This document shows positions 16,623 through 24,962 of a stretch of DNA of 64,000 nucleotides, in pieces (the stretch's first letter is position 1; each line of letters begins with the position of its first letter). Under the pieces are notes generated by a model. The model made no database searches and was not told where the DNA came from. It saw nothing but the letters and a program-made list of their open reading frames with translations. The position numbers and the translations under genes were made by a program. Source of the DNA: Ignavibacteria bacterium (lineage in GTDB: Bacteria; Bacteroidota; Ignavibacteria; Tepidaquicellales; Tepidaquicellaceae); contig JAQTLX010000010.1 of NCBI GenBank assembly GCA_028714695.1, positions 73,397-137,396 on the forward strand, read 5' to 3'.

Positions 16623-18215
16623 TTATCTGTTTAAAGATTGTACTGCTTTTATAAGATATTCGGGTTTGTGTATAGAATCGAAAACCGGCATAACCTCTTT
16701 ATCTGTTTCAAATAATCCATACACAGCCATTTGCGCTGTTCTAACCGAATACTCAACCGTAAAAACGCAGTCTGTCGGTGCTTCCGCAAACTGTCCTAAA
16801 AATGCAAAATTTGTCGCGCCTTCAGGCAGGACATCCGGTCTGTCTCCAATTTCTCTTGGCATAAAAAGACTATCCACGAAAGGCATTGCAACAGGTATGC
16901 AATTAATTTTTCCGGATTCCATAACCGGATTCATCAAGTCCTGAATTTTCAGATGGTACCATAGTTCCTCCAGCATTTCCTTACCCGTGCATTCCGCCAT
17001 CGTTTTATGAATATAATTCCCTTTGCGGTCCGGATAAAGGCCGTAGCCCCAGAATATTTTTACATCTTCGGGCTGGTTTGGGAAATGCGGCTGGCGCGCG
17101 ATAACAATCGACATAAGCCAGTTAGAGTCAGTCAATGTAACAAGTCCACCGGTTCCGTCTACATTACCTGAAAAGTTTTCCATATAATTATGGAAAGTAC
17201 TGTCCTTTAAAGTTGCAGGAAATGAATACCATTTCTGAAGATCTATATTATCGCAGAAAGGCCCCGGATTTCCAAAAGATGCGTCTTTAACTGCAATTTT
17301 TTTCCATAACAGCCATGAGCCTGACTCCGATACCCCATTTAATTTCGCCGGCATATTCCACGTACCGTTTTCAGTGCTTTCGGTAATCGATCCGTTTGTT
17401 ATAAAAACATAATCGTTTTCTCCCAAAACAATTTCATTTTTATCTTTTAAATGTATAACTGCGGCTGTTTTTTTATCTGATGATAAATTAAAATCAATAT
17501 CAACAACTTCCGTTCCGGTATGGAATTGAACGTCCCTTGTTTCAAGATATCTTTTCAATGGAATTATAACCGAGTGATACTGATCGTATTTTGTTCTTAA
17601 AATACCTCCTAATTTTGGAAGCACATCGACAAGATGTATAAAACGTTTCATGTACCTTCTCATTTCCGAGACGCTGCTCCATTTCTGGAATGCAAACATG
17701 GTTGTCCATATAAACCAGAAATTTGTTTTAAAAAAATCCTGTTCGAACCAATCTTCTATTCTTTTGTTTTTTAAAGATTTTTCGGAAGTAAATATAAGTC
17801 TTAGTAATTCAGTCTGCTGTCTGAGTGTAAGTCCGTAGGAAGAGACATCTAAAATTTTCCCGTCTCTAATAAGTCTTGCCTGTGAATTCGATACAAATCT
17901 TTTATTAAAATCAAATGATTCGTCTCTGACAGTAACATTAGGGTTTTCGTAAGAAGGTATATAAGAAAGCAGGTCCCAGTAGCATATATAATGCATTTCG
18001 TGCATCCTGCCTCCTCTTGAAACAAATCCGTTTTCTGAATCGCCTGCTCCGTCGAGTGCTCCGCCAATCATATCATCTTTTTCCAGAATATGAATATTTC
18101 TACCGGGAACACGGGCGTCTTTTATAAGATAAACCGCGCTTGCAAGCGAAGCAATTCCGCTTCCGATAAGATATACTTTTGAGTCTTCGGTGCTTTTGTT
18201 CTTTATTAAATCCAT
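16623..18215 (-). CDS. ohyA: Oleate hydratase (MCRA family, FAD-dependent)
   Basis: 530 aa. N-terminal FAD fold KVYLIGSGIASLASAVYLIKDA, plus GGRMHEMHY and other MCRA-typical blocks (WFIWTTMFAFQKWSS, EYSVRTAQMAVYGL). Confidence 0.9.
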   Translation of the reverse strand: MDLIKNKSTEDSKVYLIGSGIASLASAVYLIKDARVPGRNIHILEKDDMIGGALDGAGDSENGFVSRGGRMHEMHYICYWDLLSYIPSYENPNVTVRDESFDFNKRFVSNSQARLIRDGKILDVSSYGLTLRQQTELLRLIFTSEKSLKNKRIEDWFEQDFFKTNFWFIWTTMFAFQKWSSVSEMRRYMKRFIHLVDVLPKLGGILRTKYDQYHSVIIPLKRYLETRDVQFHTGTEVVDIDFNLSSDKKTAAVIHLKDKNEIVLGENDYVFITNGSITESTENGTWNMPAKLNGVSESGSWLLWKKIAVKDASFGNPGPFCDNIDLQKWYSFPATLKDSTFHNYMENFSGNVDGTGGLVTLTDSNWLMSIVIARQPHFPNQPEDVKIFWGYGLYPDRKGNYIHKTMAECTGKEMLEELWYHLKIQDLMNPVMESGKINCIPVAMPFVDSLFMPREIGDRPDVLPEGATNFAFLGQFAEAPTDCVFTVEYSVRTAQMAVYGLFETDKEVMPVFDSIHKPEYLIKAVQSLNR

Positions 18216-18337
18216 TTTCAGATTATTTAAATTTTAAAAAATCCTTTTAACGTGTTCAACTCTTCTGTCTGACAATATTATATGAAATTGCACAACTATT
18301 AATCATAAATCGGCAATCTATCAGTAACATAATAATG

Positions 18338-18694
18338 TCAGCCTTTATCTTCATCAAGATCATCATGGTCATCCCCGCCCAGACTGTAATAATTATTTTC
18401 TTCATCCTCATCACCATTGTTTTCTTCTTCATCGTCCAATTCGGATCCGGGAACATCAAGTCCGTCACCGGATTCATTTTCAGGTATATCTTTCGTCTTC
18501 TTTCTTTTTGTTTGATTCGCCGGGTCCGTTTTCTTAGTTTGAGAAATATCTTCCGGGTCTATATCTCTTTCTTCCTTTGAATTATTATAAATATCTTCCG
18601 AGTCAGGATAAGATTGATATCCGGGAAAGATATCATTTTTCTCCTTGTCAGTGTGCGGCAAGGAAGATTCCTTTTTTGATTCTTTATTTTTCAT
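18338..18694 (-). CDS. Highly acidic, probably disordered 118-aa protein
   Basis: No hydrophobic core. Contains YPDSEDIY, DIDPED, LDVPGSELDDEEENNGDEDEENNYYSLGGDDHDDLDEDKG. The opposite-strand ORFs here are low-complexity shadows. Confidence 0.55.
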   Translation of the reverse strand: MKNKESKKESSLPHTDKEKNDIFPGYQSYPDSEDIYNNSKEERDIDPEDISQTKKTDPANQTKRKKTKDIPENESGDGLDVPGSELDDEEENNGDEDEENNYYSLGGDDHDDLDEDKG

Positions 18695-18762
18695 TTCAAT
18701 TAATATTTTGCTTCTTTCAAATAATATTCTTTATCGAATAAAAACTTTTCAAATTCAAACGT

Positions 18763-19407
18763 TCATAAGTCTTTCTTTGTATGAACTATAAGAATTTCAT
18801 CAATCATTCCTTTTTTTTCTGCTTCTGATACCATTTCCATCGTGAGATTTTTTTCGTCGGCTTTCGTCAGTTCCATTTCACATGTAAAGGATACTTCATC
18901 ACCAACCATCACCCCGCCCGTTTCGATTATTGTATTCCAGGTCAGACCGAAATCGGCACGATTAATTTTTCCTGTAACCGTAAAGCCTGCTCTTTCTTTT
19001 CCCCAGGGATCATTTATAATTCCTCCGAATTCTACGTTCAGTTTAATGTTCTTTGTTATTTCTTTTATCGTCAGTTCGCCCCATAAATCATGGTTCATCG
19101 ATGTATCGGATTTTTCTATTGACTTGGAAATAAATGTAATTTGTTTATACCGCTGCGCATCAAAAAAATCAGGACTTTTCAGATGTTCATCGCGATTTGC
19201 ATCACCCGTGGTTATTGAAGAGGCATCTATCCATAAATCAATATCCGCTGTTGTGAAATCATTGAGAGTTGTATATATATTTGCATTAAAGGTTTTGAAA
19301 CCCCCTTTAACGTGCGATATCATCAAATGCCTTACTTTGAATTCAATTTCACTATGTGAGGAATCCAATGACCATTTTGTCTGTGTTGTTACATCAGTCT
19401 TTTTCAT
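18763..19407 (-). CDS. YceI-family lipid/polyisoprenoid-binding protein
   Basis: 214 aa. WSLDSSHSEIEFKVRHLMISHVKGGFKTF and TGDANRDEHLKSPDFFD are YceI signatures. It has an about 35-aa C-terminal extension. Confidence 0.88.
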   Translation of the reverse strand: MKKTDVTTQTKWSLDSSHSEIEFKVRHLMISHVKGGFKTFNANIYTTLNDFTTADIDLWIDASSITTGDANRDEHLKSPDFFDAQRYKQITFISKSIEKSDTSMNHDLWGELTIKEITKNIKLNVEFGGIINDPWGKERAGFTVTGKINRADFGLTWNTIIETGGVMVGDEVSFTCEMELTKADEKNLTMEMVSEAEKKGMIDEILIVHTKKDL

Positions 19408-19605
19408 ATTATTTCTTTCTGTTTATATTTGAAAATATTTTTGTTTGTGTTGTATTATCCGCCTTCTGAATTATTTTTTCATGCGTTACACTTTCTGCTT
19501 TCTTTTCAGATTGAAATATAACGATGTACCGATTATAGATATAAGGGCACCAAACACTGCTGATGCTTTCGATTTTATTAGAATGGTGTTTCCCATTTTT
19601 ATTAT

Positions 19606-20148
19606 TTATTGTTTCACACTGATATTATTCGCCACAGCATATTTGGTAAAAATGGTTCCCTGTTTATTTACGCGCTCGGTACTTATTAAATTCAAATTTA
19701 TATCAAGTTTTTCTTCAATTACAAAATTTCCGCCGGTACCGAATATCTTTGGCTCTATTGTCAGCCAGAATTCATCAATTAAATTCTCTTTTAAAAATGA
19801 AGTGGCTACATGCGGTCCTCCTGCGACAAGCATGTTTTCATATCCGTCTTTATCGAATCGCTTAATAAGATTTGACGGAGACTCGCTGCTGAATTCTAGT
19901 TGTCCCAGTACCTCGGAATCCTTATATTTCAACGGCTTTCTTGTCATAATCACAAGAAGATTATTTGGGTCCGGTTTAATCGGTTCAAGATTATATGTAC
20001 TGCTTCCCAGAATTATTAAACGGGAATTACTCCATATTTTTTTAAAATAATCTTTATCCTACTGAGATGACTATGCTTTCACATGAGGACTGCCCCATTT
20101 TGTGATTTTACCGTCTAAAGTCGAGACAAAAACAAGAATCGTTTTCAA
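19606..20148 (-). pseudogene. RibD_C/dihydrofolate-reductase-family gene interrupted by two in-frame TAG codons
   Basis: From TTG 20148 in one frame: (M)KTILVFVSTLDGKITKWGSPHVKA*SSQ*DKDYFKKIWSNSRLIILGSSTYNLEPIKPDPNNLLVIMTRKP...LTIEPKIFGTGG.... The TAG codons are at 20073-20071 and 20061-20059. The ORF track reports only the distal 115 aa (19606-19953). Confidence 0.7.
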
Positions 20149-20207
20149 TTTCCGTTATGTTAAAAGTTATTCAGCAGTAATTACATATGACTATTGTATA
20201 AATGGAC

Positions 20208-21059
20208 CTAAGAATTTTCTTTTGCAAATTTTATCAGTTCAGAATTAAATTTCTCAGTTTCTTCGAGAAATGCACTATGCCCGCTGTTTTCAAAAGCAAC
20301 AAGTTTCGAATCTGAAATCCCTGCTTTCATCTGTTCCGCAAGATCGAATGAACAAATTTTATCTTTTTTGCCGTGCATTATTAATGTCGGTATTTTTATC
20401 TTTACAAGATCATTTCTCAGATCTGTGTCGCGCAATGCCATCAGACCTTGCACCGTTGCATATGACGAAGCGCTGATGCAAATACCGTTCAGCCAATTTC
20501 CTATTCCTTCATTTAATGATGTTTCCGCAGCAGAAAATATTTTTGCAAAATTCGATAAAAGTTTCGGTCTGTCCTTATAGTTCAGTTCAATTAATTCATT
20601 AACGGCGCTCTTCGGAAGATTGAATGGAAAATTTTCACGCTGAGTCCAACTCGGTGCAGCAGCCGAAAACAATGCCAGTTTTGATATGCGGTTATCGTCA
20701 ATTGTCGATGCATATCTGACTGCAATTGCGCCCCCCATTGAAAATCCGCCGAGTACGGCATTATTTATGTCAAGTTTGTTTAAAATAAATTTTATGTCCG
20801 ATACGTGAACATCATATGAATAGTTACCGTAAGGTTTGTCCGATTTACCATAACCTCTGAATGTTATACCGATGACACGGAAGTTATGGTTAATTAGTTC
20901 GTTATATTGATATTCGTACATATCGTCGCTAAGCGGCCAGCCGTGCAATAGCACTATCGCCCTTCCTTCGCCCGCATCAGTAACATGAAGCCGAACATTT
21001 TTTTCGACTTCGTGATATTCCGCTCTCTGAAGTCCGCTTTTCATTATTTCTTTTCCCAT
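20208..21059 (-). CDS. Alpha/beta hydrolase (non-haem haloperoxidase/arylesterase-like)
   Basis: 283 aa. LLHGWPLS oxyanion region, nucleophile elbow GFSMGG, and a C-terminal His in NSGHSAF. Confidence 0.88.
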   Translation of the reverse strand: MGKEIMKSGLQRAEYHEVEKNVRLHVTDAGEGRAIVLLHGWPLSDDMYEYQYNELINHNFRVIGITFRGYGKSDKPYGNYSYDVHVSDIKFILNKLDINNAVLGGFSMGGAIAVRYASTIDDNRISKLALFSAAAPSWTQRENFPFNLPKSAVNELIELNYKDRPKLLSNFAKIFSAAETSLNEGIGNWLNGICISASSYATVQGLMALRDTDLRNDLVKIKIPTLIMHGKKDKICSFDLAEQMKAGISDSKLVAFENSGHSAFLEETEKFNSELIKFAKENS

Positions 21060-21393
21060 TTTCTTGTAATTAATTTATTTTGAATTATTTCTGCAATTCA
21101 CAGAGTGAAATATTACTTAAAGGCCAGGTAAACCAATATAGTTATCATAAATCACTCTGTGACGTTCAGACGATTGTAATGTTCTTATAAAATCATTCTA
21201 TTTTATTATTACATTTATCGTTTTCTGGTAATTTTTTCATTTAAAGATAAGTATATATGCAAGATTAAGTAATAGTGCAAAAGGATGAAAAAGGGATTAA
21301 ACGTAAAGGATTAGTTGTATAATGCTTTATAAAATGATGACCGCCGGTACTGTGTAATTCGGGAAAATACTTTGAAGTTTCGGTATATAGGAA

Positions 21394-21418
21394 ATAAAAA
21401 AACCGGGTTATCCCGGTT
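21394..21418 (-). terminator. Rho-independent terminator of the rimP-nusA-infB-rbfA operon
   Basis: Stem aaccggg/cccggtt with loop ttat. On the minus strand it is followed by T7. It lies 29 nt after the rbfA stop. Confidence 0.75.
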
Positions 21419-21446
21419 CGTTTTAAAATCTTATTTTATTGGAGTA

Positions 21447-21851
21447 TTATTGAGAGTCGTTTTTGTCCTCAAGTGAATCTTCGTGTGATAAATCTTCGTG
21501 CAGTTTTTCTTCGCTCTTTTTCACTTCATTTAGAAGTTTGTTTATCTTATCGGCGTATTCCATCGTATCGTCGAAATAGAATATTAAATCGGGAATGTAT
21601 TTAAGGGTCAATTGTTTGCCGAGCAGAAACCTGATGTGCGGTTTTCTCAGATTCATCTTTTCCACAATTTTATCCGCGGGCGCTTTATTCCCGAGAAATG
21701 AGACATATATCTTGGCAAGTTTCAAATCGGGTGACATTAAAACTTTCGAAATCGTTATCAATCCCGCATTCAAATCCGAAAAATCTTTCGTCATTACCGT
21801 ATTAAGCCTGTGCTTAATTTCCTCGGCAACCCTTTCAGTTCTTATTGACAT
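21447..21851 (-). CDS. rbfA: Ribosome-binding factor A
   Basis: 134 aa. RTERVAEEIKHRL start and ITISKVLMSPDLKLAKIYVS. It lies immediately downstream of infB. It has an acidic C-terminal tail. Confidence 0.92.
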   Translation of the reverse strand: MSIRTERVAEEIKHRLNTVMTKDFSDLNAGLITISKVLMSPDLKLAKIYVSFLGNKAPADKIVEKMNLRKPHIRFLLGKQLTLKYIPDLIFYFDDTMEYADKINKLLNEVKKSEEKLHEDLSHEDSLEDKNDSQ

Positions 21852-21852
21852 T

Positions 21853-24800
21853 TTATACCGACTCGAGTTTACGTTTAGTTTCTATTAATTTGTATCCTTC
21901 TATAACATCACCGACTTTTAAATCACTGAAATTCTCAAGACCGATACCGCATTCATAACCGGATTCAACTTCACGCACGTCATCTTTTAATCTTTTCAGC
22001 GAAGATATAGTACCGTTGAATATTTCAAGACCGTCCCTTATTAATCTGACCTTATGGTTTCGTAAAATCTTTCCGTCCTGTACGTAGCATCCCGCAATAT
22101 TACCTATTTTCGGAACTTTGAATACCTGTCTGATTTCTATTGTTGCCGTGACTTCTTCGTTAACATCAGGAGCAAGAAGACCTTCAAGTACAAGTTTTAC
22201 TTCGTCAAGTGCCGCATAGATGATGCTGTGCAGTCTGATTTCAACATTGCTCTTCTCAGCAAGTTTCCTCGCATTGAGATTAGGCCTTACGTTGAAACCG
22301 ATGATAACTGCATTCGACGCTTCGGCAAGAAGTACATCCGATTCCGTAATTGCACCTACTGCTTTATGTATAACCGTAACTGTGGCAATACCCGGCTTTG
22401 ATAACTTATGCAGCGAATCCGCAAGCGCTTCAGCAGAACCGTCAACGTCAGTTTTCAATATAATGTGTAATTCTACAGACTTGCCCTGTTTGATTTGATT
22501 CGTTATATCTTCTAATGTAGTATGCTTTACCTGTCTTAATTCCTGTTCGCGCTTCAACTGCTGGCGTTTCAATGCAATTGAACGGACTTCCGATTCCGAT
22601 TCCAATACGATTACAGAATCACCTGCCTGAGGCAATCCTTCAAATCCGATTACCTGTACCGGTGTAGATGGTCCCGCCGTTTCAACTCTTTTATCGCGTT
22701 CGTCGAACATTGCTCTGACCTTGCCGGAGAATACACCCGCTACAAAACTGTCTCCGATTTTCAGAGTTCCTTTTTGTACGAGTATGGTTGCTACCGAACC
22801 TCTGCCCTTGTCGAGTTTCGATTCCAGTACAACTCCCCTTGCCGTTCTGTCGGGATTTGCTTTAAGTTCAAGCAGTTCCGCTTCTAATAATATTTTATCA
22901 AGAAGTACCTGTATGTTTAATCCTTTTTTTGCAGAAATCTCAACACACTGATATTTACCGCCCCATTCTTCAACCAAAATGTTCCTGTCGGCTAACTGTG
23001 ATTTTATTCTCTCAACGTTTGCTTCCGGTTTATCAACTTTATTGATTGCGATAACTATCGGCACACCCGCAGCCTGAGCGTGATTAATTGCCTCGATTGT
23101 CTGCGGCATTACGCTGTCATCCGCCGCTACGACAAGAACAACTATATCCGCTGCCTGACCGCCTCTTGCACGCATAGCGGTAAATGCTTCGTGTCCCGGC
23201 GTGTCAAGGAACGTAATCTGTTTTCCGTTTTCGAGTCTTACTTTATACGCTCCGATATGCTGTGTGATACCGCCTGCTTCACCGGCAACCACGTCCGCTT
23301 TTCTTACATAGTCAAGCAATGACGTTTTACCATGGTCAACGTGACCCATGACAGTAACAACGGGCGGTCTGTCCTTAAGCATTTCGGGCGGATCAACATC
23401 ATCTTTAATCATGTCTTCTTCATATTCGCTCTGGAATTCGATTTTAAATCCGAATTCTTCAGCCAGTAATAGTATCAGGTCTTTTTCAAGGCGCTGGTTA
23501 ATCGAAACCATCATTCCAAGGTCAAGACATTTTTTTATAATTTCGTTTGCGGGAACTTCCATTATATTGGAAAGTTCAAGTGTGGAAACAAATTCCGTTA
23601 CACTCAGTATGTTTTTGCGTGATTCCTGAATTTCAGCGGCTTTCTTTTCCTGTTCAAGTCTTTCTTTTTTCTTTTTCTTCCTTGCTATGCTTCTTGCAGA
23701 TGCTCCGCTGTCGTCCTCAATTTTTGCAAATGTTTCTCTGATTGCCTCATCGATTTCTTTCTGCGAGAATTCTCTAGCCTTCTGTCCCTTTGCAATTTTC
23801 TTTTTCTTGCGTTCAAATTCTGTTTCTGGTTTCGGTTTTTTATCCTTGCTCTTATCAACCTTCTTTGCATCTTTTAAAGGTACAATAGGAATAGGTCCGA
23901 CTCTTGGCTTGTCGCCCGGTTTCCTGTTAGGGTCCCTGTTGTCCTTGCTGAAAAACTTCTTCTGCGGTTTGCCTGTGTCTTTTATTGTAACTCTTTCGAA
24001 TTTGCCTTTATTCGATTTATCGAATTTGGGTTTTTCACCGGGCTTGCCGTCTGTTCTCGGCTGAGGTTTATAGTCGGGTTTGCCCTGCTGTCCTTTGTAT
24101 TCAGGCTTGCCGTCAGTTCTCGGCTGTCTCTGGAAATCTTTATTATAAGGTTTGTTCTGTCTGAAATTTCTGTCGTCGGGTTTCTTCGTATAAGGTTTGT
24201 TTTCTCTTTGACCGGTCTGACCTGTATGTCCTGTCTGTCCCGTTTGTCCCGTCTGTTTAGGCTTTTCCGCTGCTGTTTCGGGAAAATCTTTTTTCGAAAC
24301 TATTTCAGGGACTGGTATTGTTCCCGTTTTTTCTTCCTTTGTATCGGCTGTTTCTTTTTTATCTTCGGTTTTGGTAAATTTCTTTGTTTCAACAACTTTC
24401 TGCGCCGGTTTTTCAGACTGCTTTTCAGGTTTGTCTTTTCTTTCGGCTTTTTTCTGCGCTTCTTTTTCTTTTGCTTTTTTCTGGGATTCAAAAAGCCTTT
24501 CGAGTTCGGCTTTTCTGCGCTTTGCTTCTTCTTCGGCTTCTTTAACCTTTTGCTCGCGTTCCATGAATGCAATCAGTTCCTGTTTCTTCCGTTCTTCTTC
24601 AGTCTTTTTCTGCTGGTCTTCAATATTTTTCTTTACTAACTTCTCTTCATCCTTTTTCTTCTTCTCTTCTTCTTCTTTTAAAATAACTTCAGTTGCCTCT
24701 GAAATCTCGACCCTGTTCTGCTTTACGAAGTCAACGATTTTTTTGACGTGCTTTTCCTGTTCTTCAAGATCGCGCTTGAAGTGATGATAGACCTTAGATA

Positions 24801-24942
24801 CTACGTCCGCTTCTAAAGTTGTATTTATAGAGACTTTATCGATACCCAGTGTATTCAAGTATACGATAATATCTTCCTTTGACCTGTTAATTTCCTTAAC
24901 AAGTTTAACCAGTTTCATTTTTTGAAGCGTACTATCCGACAT
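21853..24942 (-). CDS. infB: Translation initiation factor IF-2
   Basis: 1029 aa. G-domain GHVDHGKTSLLD, DTPGHEAF, NKVD. Long K/E/P-rich low-complexity N-terminal region. Confidence 0.97.
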   Translation of the reverse strand: MSDSTLQKMKLVKLVKEINRSKEDIIVYLNTLGIDKVSINTTLEADVVSKVYHHFKRDLEEQEKHVKKIVDFVKQNRVEISEATEVILKEEEEKKKKDEEKLVKKNIEDQQKKTEEERKKQELIAFMEREQKVKEAEEEAKRRKAELERLFESQKKAKEKEAQKKAERKDKPEKQSEKPAQKVVETKKFTKTEDKKETADTKEEKTGTIPVPEIVSKKDFPETAAEKPKQTGQTGQTGHTGQTGQRENKPYTKKPDDRNFRQNKPYNKDFQRQPRTDGKPEYKGQQGKPDYKPQPRTDGKPGEKPKFDKSNKGKFERVTIKDTGKPQKKFFSKDNRDPNRKPGDKPRVGPIPIVPLKDAKKVDKSKDKKPKPETEFERKKKKIAKGQKAREFSQKEIDEAIRETFAKIEDDSGASARSIARKKKKKERLEQEKKAAEIQESRKNILSVTEFVSTLELSNIMEVPANEIIKKCLDLGMMVSINQRLEKDLILLLAEEFGFKIEFQSEYEEDMIKDDVDPPEMLKDRPPVVTVMGHVDHGKTSLLDYVRKADVVAGEAGGITQHIGAYKVRLENGKQITFLDTPGHEAFTAMRARGGQAADIVVLVVAADDSVMPQTIEAINHAQAAGVPIVIAINKVDKPEANVERIKSQLADRNILVEEWGGKYQCVEISAKKGLNIQVLLDKILLEAELLELKANPDRTARGVVLESKLDKGRGSVATILVQKGTLKIGDSFVAGVFSGKVRAMFDERDKRVETAGPSTPVQVIGFEGLPQAGDSVIVLESESEVRSIALKRQQLKREQELRQVKHTTLEDITNQIKQGKSVELHIILKTDVDGSAEALADSLHKLSKPGIATVTVIHKAVGAITESDVLLAEASNAVIIGFNVRPNLNARKLAEKSNVEIRLHSIIYAALDEVKLVLEGLLAPDVNEEVTATIEIRQVFKVPKIGNIAGCYVQDGKILRNHKVRLIRDGLEIFNGTISSLKRLKDDVREVESGYECGIGLENFSDLKVGDVIEGYKLIETKRKLESV

Positions 24943-24962
24943 AAATGTTGTTAGTTGCTATA

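Noticed and set aside
20059-20073. TAG reassignment or pyrrolysine-type recoding as the explanation for the two in-frame ambers.
   Set aside because: TAG serves as the terminal stop of the well-supported LamG gene (52793-52795). No other conserved gene in the window contains in-frame TAG. A pseudogene or sequence variant is the simpler reading; it is kept as a finding to check.
10336-21446. Known structured RNAs (tmRNA, RNase P RNA, SRP RNA, 6S RNA, riboswitches) in the long spacers 10336-10932, 12988-13378 and 21060-21446. I also checked upstream of the transsulfuration genes, the VIT transporter and lysS.
   Set aside because: I saw none of the hallmark strings I know, such as the RNase P GAGGAAAGUCC, a tmRNA tag frame with a tRNA-like end, or SRP GGAA/AGCA loops. 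The spacers before the Cys/Met genes, lysS and VIT are too short or too AT-rich. An Rfam/Infernal scan would be decisive and I cannot run it.
24060-24300. Repeats in the IF-2 N-terminal region (TGQTGQTGHTGQTGQ; PRTDGKP(E/G)...KP duplicated) and the NusA (STE)n tail as something unusual.
   Set aside because: Low-complexity, lineage-variable N-terminal regions of IF-2 and acidic NusA tails are common. The conserved domains are intact and in frame.
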